Position numbers and translations under genes: made by a program. Shown in pieces: positions 49,871 through 57,924 of a stretch of DNA of 64,000 nucleotides. Positions within the stretch are counted from its first letter, which is position 1. Every line of letters begins with the position of its first letter. This DNA is from Acinetobacter phage ABPH49. The notes beneath the pieces are model-generated. The model worked only from the letters and a program-made list of their open reading frames with translations, had not been told where the DNA came from and did not search any database. The stretch lies in the sequence record MH533020.1. One strand, given 5' to 3'.

Positions 49871-52543
49871 ATGAAGGGGTTGTTCATTGGAGATCTGGAG
49901 GCCAACGGCCTGCTGGATGAATTGACTCACTTCCACTGTGTCCTGTTCAAAGAGTACGAGAAGGAGAACTACCACCTTTTCCTGAACAAGGCGCATGAGG
50001 AATTTGAGTCTGCATTGGCTTATGCCGAGGACAGGGCAAATGTGCCCGGCACCAACCTGACCGTGTATGATTTCACGGAATTGAACACATGGTTTGTTAC
50101 TTGTCCAAGATCAATCGCGATCCACAACCTGTTTGGTTACGACCTGCGGGCGATGAAGATGTTGTACAACACAGAGTACGATATGTTCAAGGATCCGAAG
50201 TGCATGGGCACCATCAACGGGAAGCAGGTGAACCTGTTCGACACGCTGTCTATGTCGAGAACCCTGTTCCCTGACCGACCGCTACCACGTGGTTGCCCTG
50301 ACCAGATGAAAAACCCGGTCACCGGCAAGATGAAAAAGATGGGTCCTCACGGTCTGGAAGCTTGGGGTCTGCGAGTAGCCAACCTGAAGCCGTCGATCGA
50401 GGACTGGCGTGACCTCCCGCTGTGGAAATACGTTGACCGTGTTTGGGAAGACGTAACCATCAACGAATTGGTGTGGACTGCACTGATCGCTGAGACACGG
50501 AGCGATAACACCCCGGAAGACAAGCGCTTCTATTACGACGAGGTCCCAGACCCGAAACGTATGAAGCTGATCAACTGGAAAAACGCCCTGCGTCGTGGTA
50601 TGTTGACCGACTACCTGATGGTTGAGCAGGAAATCCAAGGGGTCGTGTTCGATATCGAGAAGGCCTTGAAGCTTCGCGATGTGATCGACGCCCTGATGCG
50701 GGACATTGAGGAGGACGTTGAGCCGAAACTTCCGATGAAGGAAATGACGGCATCCGCCCGGCCAAACTTCCCGGCCAGCCCGTTCAAGGCTGATGGCACT
50801 ATCTCGGGCAATGGTTGGAAATGGTTGGAACGTCTCGGGTATAAAGTCGATTGGGACGCACTGAACTTCAAAGGCCCACCGGCCAAGGCATTCAAGGCTG
50901 ATGGATCGCTGAGTGCATCAGGCATCAAGTATTGTAATGAGCACGGGATTGAAGATGAGGATGTGATGCCTAACTTCATCCGTAATCAGAACAAGCGTGG
51001 TGAAAACCTGTCGCCGCTCCCGGCAGACCAGTTGGAAAAAGCACATCAGGATCTTCGTGACAAGAAAGAACCTGACTTCCTGATCCCGATGCGAATTGGT
51101 AACCAAGACGACATCAAGAAATACCTGATCAGGGACGCTGGGTGGAAGCCTACGCTGTGGCGAACCAACGACGTAACCAAGGACCAGTTCAAGAAACAGC
51201 GTCCAGACAGTGACGTTGACGCGCTGGTTAAGCTGTACATCCAGAAACTGGACGAGTCGGAGTACCGAGATCTGATCCTGAACAACATTGGTTTCCCGTT
51301 GTCTAAGTTCAAGAACCCGGATCAGGCTTACAAGTTCTTCCGCAAGAAAGCGCGGCAGTTGCCTTCCTCGCCGAAGCTGAAGGATGAGCGTGGGGAGTTG
51401 TGTCCAAACCTCGAGAAGATCGATGGTGAGCTGGCAAAACAGATCGTTAAGTGGCTGTCTTCACGTAACCGCCGTTCTGTTCTTGACCCGCTGAAAGAGG
51501 ACAAGGTTGATACCGGCTGGCTGAACCACCCACGACTGAAGATCGATGGTAAACTCCCGGCCAGATTCTCGGGGATTACCAACACCGGACGTCGTAAGCA
51601 CACGATCGTAGCCAACGTTCCGAAGCCGGATCCGAAGGTTCTCTTCGGTTACGAGATGCGTGAGTTGTTTACGGTACCAAAAGGCCATTATCAGGTTGGT
51701 ATCGACGGTTCTAACCTCGAGGGGATGATCGCCGCATGGGGCGCTTATGAGTTCGATGGTGGTGAATACCTGCGGATCATGGAGTCCGGTGACGCCCACG
51801 CCCGAAATGCCGAGGCATACTCGAAGGCAGCTGGGGTTACGGTAACACGTAACGGCGGTAAGAGCATCACCTACGGCATCATGTATGGTGCACAGGCCGC
51901 GAAGATTGCAGCGATGTTGGGCATATCCTTGGAGAAAGCACAGGCTGTAATCGACGCATTCTGGGACAGCAACATCGGGTTGAAAGGTCGTAAAGAGGCC
52001 CTCGAGAAGTTCTGGGAGTCGAATGGTAAGCGCTTCATCTACGGTCTGGACGGTCGTAAAATCTACACCCGCTCCAAGCACAGCCTGTTGAACGCCTACC
52101 AGCAGAACGGCGGCGCAAGCCTGTTCGACCTTGTTGGTATCCTGCTGCACAACCAGCTGGTCAAGAAGGGTTGGTACGATCAGGGTGTTCGTCGGACGAT
52201 TTACTATCACGATGAATACCAGCTTCAGGTTCCAAACAGCTTCAAAAAGGTGTGGGAGTTCGACACGCTGGAACAAGCAGATGCGTTCGTTGCAGACATG
52301 ACGAGCAAGAAGCGTGTTCTGGATGGTCACGACTACAAGAAGCAGTGCAAGGATGAGAACGGCGACAAGATCAAGGGTAAGTTCGACCCAATCTTGAACG
52401 CCAGAGGGAAGATCGAGATCGGGTACTGCCCGGTCGGCGAGATGGTTGTGAAGTGTGTTGAGCAAGCGGCACGCCTCATGAAGTCTCCAGTACACATCAC
52501 CGGTGCATACCTGACGGGTATGAACTGGGGAGACTGCCACTGA
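49871..52543 (+). CDS. family A DNA polymerase with N-terminal 3'-5' exonuclease domain
   Basis: Exo I DLEANGL; polymerase motif A/B/C equivalents incl. KSITYGIMYGAQAAKIA (motif B) and YHDEYQLQV (motif C HDE); AAGGAGAG RBS. Confidence 0.9.
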   Translation: MKGLFIGDLEANGLLDELTHFHCVLFKEYEKENYHLFLNKAHEEFESALAYAEDRANVPGTNLTVYDFTELNTWFVTCPRSIAIHNLFGYDLRAMKMLYNTEYDMFKDPKCMGTINGKQVNLFDTLSMSRTLFPDRPLPRGCPDQMKNPVTGKMKKMGPHGLEAWGLRVANLKPSIEDWRDLPLWKYVDRVWEDVTINELVWTALIAETRSDNTPEDKRFYYDEVPDPKRMKLINWKNALRRGMLTDYLMVEQEIQGVVFDIEKALKLRDVIDALMRDIEEDVEPKLPMKEMTASARPNFPASPFKADGTISGNGWKWLERLGYKVDWDALNFKGPPAKAFKADGSLSASGIKYCNEHGIEDEDVMPNFIRNQNKRGENLSPLPADQLEKAHQDLRDKKEPDFLIPMRIGNQDDIKKYLIRDAGWKPTLWRTNDVTKDQFKKQRPDSDVDALVKLYIQKLDESEYRDLILNNIGFPLSKFKNPDQAYKFFRKKARQLPSSPKLKDERGELCPNLEKIDGELAKQIVKWLSSRNRRSVLDPLKEDKVDTGWLNHPRLKIDGKLPARFSGITNTGRRKHTIVANVPKPDPKVLFGYEMRELFTVPKGHYQVGIDGSNLEGMIAAWGAYEFDGGEYLRIMESGDAHARNAEAYSKAAGVTVTRNGGKSITYGIMYGAQAAKIAAMLGISLEKAQAVIDAFWDSNIGLKGRKEALEKFWESNGKRFIYGLDGRKIYTRSKHSLLNAYQQNGGASLFDLVGILLHNQLVKKGWYDQGVRRTIYYHDEYQLQVPNSFKKVWEFDTLEQADAFVADMTSKKRVLDGHDYKKQCKDENGDKIKGKFDPILNARGKIEIGYCPVGEMVVKCVEQAARLMKSPVHITGAYLTGMNWGDCH

Positions 52544-52547
52544 CCAC

Positions 52548-52578
52548 AAGGCCACCTTCGGGTGGCCTTTTCTATTTG
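52548..52578 (+). terminator. rho-independent terminator AAGGCCACC-TTCG-GGTGGCCTT-TTCTATTT
   Basis: 9-bp stem, UUCG tetraloop, T-run. Confidence 0.7.
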
Positions 52579-52628
52579 CATCGTAAAACAGATGGTGATA
52601 TACTGCACGAAACTTTAAAGGGGCTATT

Positions 52629-53186
52629 GTGAACTATTCAGATTTTCCAGATATTCAGCAAGATGAGTGGAGCTTGACAAGACCTACGTTCCCAACGCCA
52701 AAGGGTGGGGATTTAACGGTTGTTGGGTGGTCGGGCAGGGTAGGTAGGATAGGTGCACATAAAGCCTATATCGTGGAGTGCAGTGAATGTAAAAAGGATC
52801 CATGCTTGCATGGGGGTGGCGTTTTTAAAATCTCTAAACAAGGCCTCAGCAAAGGGGGAATACCCTGCGGCTGTGCAAGAAGGGTGTATTGGACACCAGA
52901 GCAATATAAGGTGTTGATCGAAAGAATCCTGAATGGGAGCGAATTAAAATTTTTAGGCTTCGTAGATAACAATGTGGAAAATGGGAACAAGACAAAGGTG
53001 AGGGTATTTTGTCAAAAACATGGTGAGTGTAACAAAACTTCGATAAGACAAGCTCTGAGATCAGGAATAAGTTGCCCTTCGTGCACTGCCGATAGGCTGG
53101 TGAAAATAATTAATCTCAAAAAGTCATCTCGCCACGCCGGATTGCGAAAGATATTTTGGAAGCCTCCCCAAAAAGCTATACTTTGA
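52629..53186 (+). CDS. Cys-rich zinc-ribbon protein, truncated paralog of 53219-53884 (homing-endonuclease-like)
   Basis: GTG start with AAAGGGG RBS; shares ECS.C.KD...G.PC.C.RR.YT.EQ and C.KHG...SG.SCPSC with its neighbour; low-GC region. Confidence 0.55.
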   Translation: MNYSDFPDIQQDEWSLTRPTFPTPKGGDLTVVGWSGRVGRIGAHKAYIVECSECKKDPCLHGGGVFKISKQGLSKGGIPCGCARRVYWTPEQYKVLIERILNGSELKFLGFVDNNVENGNKTKVRVFCQKHGECNKTSIRQALRSGISCPSCTADRLVKIINLKKSSRHAGLRKIFWKPPQKAIL

Positions 53187-53218
53187 GAACCTCAGACAAA
53201 AAGTCGGGTGGGAAGAAT

Positions 53219-53884
53219 ATGGTACAAATTGAGTGTTCGATCTGTGCAAAAGACATGTATGCAGAGGCAGGACTTTGTGATGGGGTATTTTATACTCTTC
53301 CGAGACACTTGCTGAGAGAACCTCCGCAGCTCCCTTGTCGTTGTTCTAGAAGACCCAGTTACACTAAAGAGCAATTGGACTACAGGGCAAAAAAGGTCTG
53401 TGAGGGGTTAGGTTATGAATTTGTTGAGTGGGTTAAAGAAATAAGGACATCAGGGAAGATACGTTACAGATGCAAAATCCACGGAATTCACTCAATAAGG
53501 ATGAAAAATATGGTTAATGGAACAGGGTGCCCAGAGTGTGCAGGAAAAAACCAAAAACAATGCTACATAAATACGGTATACGACAACCGTACAGCTGTAG
53601 CTATTAAGTTTGGTATCACCAAAGACAGCGACAAGAGGGTTAAACATCAGAATTACAGAAACCTCTTCCAGATGGAACAATCTGCGGTGTACGAGTTCAA
53701 AACCGTTAAGGCGTGCAAGGATGCAGAGAAGGCCTGCAAGGGCGAGCTGAAGTGCGGGGTTCTGTCAAAGAGAGAGCTGAAGGATGGGCACTCAGAGACT
53801 GTTTCTCTGTTGGATCTGGAGAAGGTAATTGCCATTTACGAGAGATTTGGTGGTGTGAGGGTGTTGACACCAGCCAAGGAGTAG
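53219..53884 (+). CDS. T5orf172/MUG113-type (GIY-YIG-superfamily) domain protein with N-terminal Cys-rich zinc ribbon
   Basis: C-terminal AIKFGITKDSDKRVKHQNYRNLFQ ... AEKACKGEL ... GHSETV matches the T5orf172 signature (IKIGIT..R..); N-terminus is paralogous to 52629-53186. Confidence 0.6.
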   Translation: MVQIECSICAKDMYAEAGLCDGVFYTLPRHLLREPPQLPCRCSRRPSYTKEQLDYRAKKVCEGLGYEFVEWVKEIRTSGKIRYRCKIHGIHSIRMKNMVNGTGCPECAGKNQKQCYINTVYDNRTAVAIKFGITKDSDKRVKHQNYRNLFQMEQSAVYEFKTVKACKDAEKACKGELKCGVLSKRELKDGHSETVSLLDLEKVIAIYERFGGVRVLTPAKE

Positions 53885-53924
53885 TCCACAATGCAGAAAA
53901 TCAACCACAAGATAGGAGATTGAA

Positions 53925-54608
53925 ATGTTTAAACAGCTGATCGAACTGAAAGACAAATACTTCCCAAGCAAAAAGTCACTGGAGCGGGAGGCCCGCAAAG
54001 AACGGACCAAAAAGGCCATCGACTACTACGAGGAGCTGTGTACCCTGACCAATAGTCTGGGGATTCCCTGTGATAGTGGGTATTATATCGAAATTGAAGA
54101 TCGGTGTACTCAGCTACTCAGGAACATAATCGTCTCGGATTGCTCTGTATCGAAGCCCGGGAGCACCAAGATCTACATCGCTACCTTTGAAGAGGCATAC
54201 CGGTTCAGGAACAGCTTAGAACTTCTCCTGCCGGAGCTTGACGAACCGGCGACATCGATGATTGCAGAGATCACTGCTGCTACTGAGCGGGTGAAGCAGG
54301 GTTTGTGGTCTGAATCCGATCGCATATCCCCGATCATCAAGCGGGATGAAAATGGTTGGGTTATCTGCAAGGGGGTTGAAGATAGCGAAGTAAGTCTCGT
54401 ACTTCATATTGATGACGCCCATCCACCGAAGCTGTGTAAGATCGAGGATCGTGACATGGATAAGGATGTCACAGACCTCTCTTGGCTATCTTCTTACGAG
54501 AGACACCAGATCGGAAAAGCGATCGATGAATTCCTCTCCGAATACGACAAGGCTGATGCCCGTGAGATGCGTAAGTTCTACACCGGCGTGTACAACGGGT
54601 CAGTCTGA
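53925..54608 (+). CDS. hypothetical protein (227 aa)
   Basis: AGGAGA RBS; terminator follows. Confidence 0.65.
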   Translation: MFKQLIELKDKYFPSKKSLEREARKERTKKAIDYYEELCTLTNSLGIPCDSGYYIEIEDRCTQLLRNIIVSDCSVSKPGSTKIYIATFEEAYRFRNSLELLLPELDEPATSMIAEITAATERVKQGLWSESDRISPIIKRDENGWVICKGVEDSEVSLVLHIDDAHPPKLCKIEDRDMDKDVTDLSWLSSYERHQIGKAIDEFLSEYDKADAREMRKFYTGVYNGSV

Positions 54609-54613
54609 ATAAG

Positions 54614-54643
54614 AAAGCCACCTTCGGGTGGCTTTATTTTTAT
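54614..54643 (+). terminator. rho-independent terminator AAAGCCACC-TTCG-GGTGGCTTT-ATTTTTAT
   Basis: near-identical to the terminator at 52548. Confidence 0.7.
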
Positions 54644-54650
54644 CTGGGGG

Positions 54651-54679
54651 TTGACTCCCGGCTTTGGGGGTGCCATAAT
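54651..54679 (+). promoter_or_regulatory. sigma70 promoter TTGACT-N17-CATAAT
   Basis: plus-strand motifs. Confidence 0.5.
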
Positions 54680-54705
54680 CTCTCCATCGAAACACAGGAG
54701 GCTAT

Positions 54706-54894
54706 ATGGTAATTTACAACAAAGAGGGTATACGGGTCCTTCAACATGACCATTTGCAACTCTTCCACGTCCAACAATGGATGGAGGGGGATTGCCCACG
54801 GTCATACGGCCGCAGCTACGACTACCACACGGTTCTGGAAACGAGAAGTATCGAAGAGGTCAACAAGAAGGTGAAGGAGCTTTCTGATGCTTAA
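54706..54894 (+). CDS. hypothetical protein (62 aa)
   Basis: AGGAGG RBS. Confidence 0.6.
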   Translation: MVIYNKEGIRVLQHDHLQLFHVQQWMEGDCPRSYGRSYDYHTVLETRSIEEVNKKVKELSDA

Positions 54895-55141
54895 AGAAGA
54901 TTTCTTTTACCACCTTGGGCAAACGTCTCAAAAGTTTGAACCGAAGGGAATAAGAATCTCGTCGAAGTGGGAAGAGCACAAACTCTTTATTTGCGGACCT
55001 TCCAGCATCGACCCGACACTGGTGCTCGGGATTGACATCTGGCCCGCTGAGCGTACTGTGTATAAAAGTGAGAGCCGGGCATTGTTGCAGTTGAACAAGC
55101 TCCAGCGCTGGTTTAAAGAATGGGAAAAGGAGTATAAATAA
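54887..55141 (+). CDS. hypothetical protein (84 aa)
   Basis: overlap-coupled. Confidence 0.55.
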   Translation: MLKEDFFYHLGQTSQKFEPKGIRISSKWEEHKLFICGPSSIDPTLVLGIDIWPAERTVYKSESRALLQLNKLQRWFKEWEKEYK

Positions 55142-55485
55142 TGAAAGTTGGCGATATTGTTGTTCTGAAGAGTGGCGGACCTAACATGGTGATCAGTGCC
55201 CTCAACAACCGAGGGTCTGCTGAAGGTAAGCAAGGTACTGCGATCTGTAACTGGATGCATGAGGGTAATTACCACTGCTCTGAGATACCGAAGAATGCTT
55301 TGCAGTTGTACCATGAGCCAAAGCATAACGAGACGGGGATCTTCGTCACGGCAAGCAGCCCTCACTATCGGTATGGTAGAAAGGTTGAGATGAGTGGAGA
55401 CATCTCCATGTCCCAGTTTAAAGAAGCATTCTCGGATATCCTGTCTCTGGGCGCAACTTTCAGATTCTCCTCGGAGGAAGATTAA
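55141..55485 (+). CDS. DUF2158 (YodC-like) protein, paralog 2 with C-terminal extension
   Basis: MKVGDIVVLKSGGPNMVISAL matches the DUF2158 signature. Confidence 0.65.
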   Translation: MKVGDIVVLKSGGPNMVISALNNRGSAEGKQGTAICNWMHEGNYHCSEIPKNALQLYHEPKHNETGIFVTASSPHYRYGRKVEMSGDISMSQFKEAFSDILSLGATFRFSSEED

Positions 55486-55887
55486 ATGTTAGAACTTAAA
55501 AATTGGGTGGAGTTCACGAAGAAATACCCACCGGCGGAGATCTTCTTCCAGCAGAACAAAGAAAAGCAGGAGAAGCGCTGCAAGCAGCTGTGCGAGATCC
55601 TTTTCACACTGGAGCCTACCAACAGTGATCACCCGGCGGCAAAGCTGCGCCTGATGTGGCAATGGTGGCGTGAGTTTGAGGTCCTTCTCAAGCTGGGCAT
55701 CGACGACATGAAGCGCGAAGAGGTCGTCACCACGGCAGCTTGCTTCAAGCAGACGGCAAAAGATGCCATCCGGCTGATGGAAATGTATTACAAGGCTGAT
55801 CAGTACCTGTGGGCGCATTATCAAACCGGCGGCATCTCTATCAAGAAGATGACCGAACTTGTCGAAAAAGAGATTGGGAGGGGTTGA
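55486..55887 (+). CDS. hypothetical protein (133 aa)
   Basis: ORF. Confidence 0.6.
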   Translation: MLELKNWVEFTKKYPPAEIFFQQNKEKQEKRCKQLCEILFTLEPTNSDHPAAKLRLMWQWWREFEVLLKLGIDDMKREEVVTTAACFKQTAKDAIRLMEMYYKADQYLWAHYQTGGISIKKMTELVEKEIGRG

Positions 55888-55888
55888 G

Positions 55889-56326
55889 ATGGAACATTAT
55901 TTAGTTTCTCACAAAGACGGGTTCAAGGGTATTCAGGACATCATTACGATCTGCAACAATGGCGACCTCCTTACCTATTCCAAAGAAACCCGGTGGGTGA
56001 AGTGTCACCTGTGGTCTGAAGATTACATTCGTGAGCACGGAGAGCGGATCTCCCGCTATTCGTTGAAAAGTTCAGGCATCACTCCGCCAGTCCGAGATTT
56101 TAAGGATCTGGCTTGGGAGTGGAATGAAGAGCGTCAAGAATACCATGCAGTTGCCCACATTCAGGGCTATGTAGACCTGATTATCTTCCACGATGGGTCT
56201 GACTGGTGCCTGCATTACGAAGACCGGGACCCTAGTGAGCTAATCTTCAAAGGTGAGTTTTATCAGCTTCAAGATAAGGCCCAATCTCTTCACGAAGAGT
56301 CTTTGATGGCTGAATTCTTCGAATAA
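55889..56326 (+). CDS. hypothetical protein (~145 aa)
   Basis: GGGAGGGG RBS before ATG (MEHYLVSHKD). Confidence 0.6.
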   Translation: MEHYLVSHKDGFKGIQDIITICNNGDLLTYSKETRWVKCHLWSEDYIREHGERISRYSLKSSGITPPVRDFKDLAWEWNEERQEYHAVAHIQGYVDLIIFHDGSDWCLHYEDRDPSELIFKGEFYQLQDKAQSLHEESLMAEFFE

Positions 56327-56330
56327 TCGG

Positions 56331-56358
56331 TTGACGGAAGGAAAGGGGTATGTAATAA
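56331..56358 (+). promoter_or_regulatory. promoter TTGACG-N16-TAATAA with hairpin AGGGGTAT/ATGCCCCT around the -10
   Basis: plus-strand motifs. Confidence 0.45.
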
Positions 56359-56388
56359 TGCCCCTATCTTGAAACGAGGAGTCATATT

Positions 56389-56640
56389 ATGGACATGAAG
56401 AAGCAAAAAGAAGAGCTGTCTGCAAAAAGAGTTGCCGAGATTGATCGTACCAAGCGTCAACGTCTAAGTTTGGAGATGGTAAGGGCGCTCGTCAAGAAGG
56501 AATCCAGAAAGGGGGTTCTCTCGATGATTGAGGCAAAAAGGGCGCTCGAAGCGATCGACAAGTTGGACCACCACACGATGGTTGTTCTGTCACAACAGCA
56601 GGAAAATCACCGTATTCGGGAGAAGCGTAATGGAAAATAA
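56389..56640 (+). CDS. hypothetical basic coiled-coil protein (83 aa)
   Basis: GAGGAG RBS. Confidence 0.6.
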   Translation: MDMKKQKEELSAKRVAEIDRTKRQRLSLEMVRALVKKESRKGVLSMIEAKRALEAIDKLDHHTMVVLSQQQENHRIREKRNGK

Positions 56641-56851
56641 AGAAATCAGTTTAGAAGACCTTCAGGAAAATCTGCGCCAAGACCTGAAGAAGCTGACCAA
56701 GTCGCAGCTGATCGAGGTGGTTATCCAATCGCAGATGCAGGTGATGGATCTGGTTTGGTCTTTGGATAACGAGAGAAAAGACCACCGCCGGTTGAAGCAG
56801 GTAGCCAGCTCCCGCCCTCTGCGCTCCGTCGGCGGGGTAACTCTCCCATGA
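56630..56851 (+). CDS. hypothetical protein (~73 aa)
   Basis: internal ATG MENKEISLED. Confidence 0.5.
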   Translation: MENKEISLEDLQENLRQDLKKLTKSQLIEVVIQSQMQVMDLVWSLDNERKDHRRLKQVASSRPLRSVGGVTLP

Positions 56852-57027
56852 ATAAGCCAGACACTGATTACTGTGCTCATGCTATCATCATCGGTCGCTG
56901 CCTTATGGGGATCTGGTCTACCAAGCACGGGGCTATCTCTGTTGCGGAGGCAATGTACCCACACCGGGGCTGGGAGGTTACGATTGCAACGCGGGAACAT
57001 TACAGACTTTTGGGGGTACGTCCATGA
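56848..57027 (+). CDS. hypothetical small protein (~59 aa)
   Basis: not in track; ATGA-coupled at both ends. Confidence 0.4.
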   Translation: MNKPDTDYCAHAIIIGRCLMGIWSTKHGAISVAEAMYPHRGWEVTIATREHYRLLGVRP

Positions 57028-57389
57028 AAAACTACAATGAACTTTCCGACGTCCAGATCAACCGGATGGTTGCCGGAACCTTAGGTTTCGACGAATTCGG
57101 CTTTGGATGGGTAGACGGGTATGACGGCATGTACCAGTACATGTCGAAGAAGGGATCTGAGTGGCGTTCCATGCTGCCGGATTACTGCAACAATATCGCC
57201 TACGGGGCAGAGCTGGCCTTCAACGAGAAGATCACGATCATGTTTGATGGTGGTATCAACCCGATCGCCGGTACGGTTGATAGCGTTGGGCAGTGCTTCG
57301 AGGTATCCTTTGAGCACCTGATCGAGGACAAAAATCCTCTGCGGGCAGCGATGATCGTTTACTTACTGAAGAAGAGGGTTTTGCTATGA
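57024..57389 (+). CDS. hypothetical protein (121 aa)
   Basis: GGGGG RBS. Confidence 0.6.
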   Translation: MKNYNELSDVQINRMVAGTLGFDEFGFGWVDGYDGMYQYMSKKGSEWRSMLPDYCNNIAYGAELAFNEKITIMFDGGINPIAGTVDSVGQCFEVSFEHLIEDKNPLRAAMIVYLLKKRVLL

Positions 57390-57688
57390 ACACACCTGTG
57401 GTCACTGCGTTGGTAAAATACGACCTGTTCCCACATTATGTGGTATGTACCGGGACCCTCCGTAATGACGGCGGTATTCAAATGTCCGGGGCTTCTTACT
57501 ATCCGGCGGGGAGCGTTCTTCGTATCCTCCCTGAATCCTGTTATCAGGAGGAACGGCGCAAGCGAGGGGAACTCGAGCGCCGCCACTCGGCAGGGGTTGA
57601 GCGTCTTCGCTATGAACTCTTGTCGGAGGCTGGGGTTTTGGAACTCGTAGGACGAGGAGAGGGGAATGGCGCGGATACGGGTTACTGA
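57386..57688 (+). CDS. hypothetical protein (100 aa)
   Basis: ATGA overlap. Confidence 0.55.
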   Translation: MNTPVVTALVKYDLFPHYVVCTGTLRNDGGIQMSGASYYPAGSVLRILPESCYQEERRKRGELERRHSAGVERLRYELLSEAGVLELVGRGEGNGADTGY

Positions 57689-57857
57689 CCGGGGAGGCTG
57701 CTACATCCCGTCCTCTGAGATAAGAGAACTTCCAGAGGTCAAGGAAATGCAGCGCCTTGCCAAAATAATTGTTGAAAAGTCTCGGGAAATGTCTTACCGT
57801 ATGTTGGAAGGATTGCCGGAGAAGATGGAAGAAGAGAACTTCAACAATCCCGAATAA
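57666..57857 (+). CDS. hypothetical protein (63 aa)
   Basis: GGAGAGGGG RBS. Confidence 0.5.
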   Translation: MARIRVTDRGGCYIPSSEIRELPEVKEMQRLAKIIVEKSREMSYRMLEGLPEKMEEENFNNPE

Positions 57858-57863
57858 AAGTTG

Positions 57864-57892
57864 TTGACAGCAGAAATTCACCGGGTTAATAT
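57864..57892 (+). promoter_or_regulatory. sigma70 promoter TTGACA-N17-TAATAT
   Basis: consensus; upstream of the 667-aa gene. Confidence 0.6.
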
Positions 57893-57924
57893 ACTCGCAC
57901 ATTCACTGAAGAGGAGTTTTAAAG

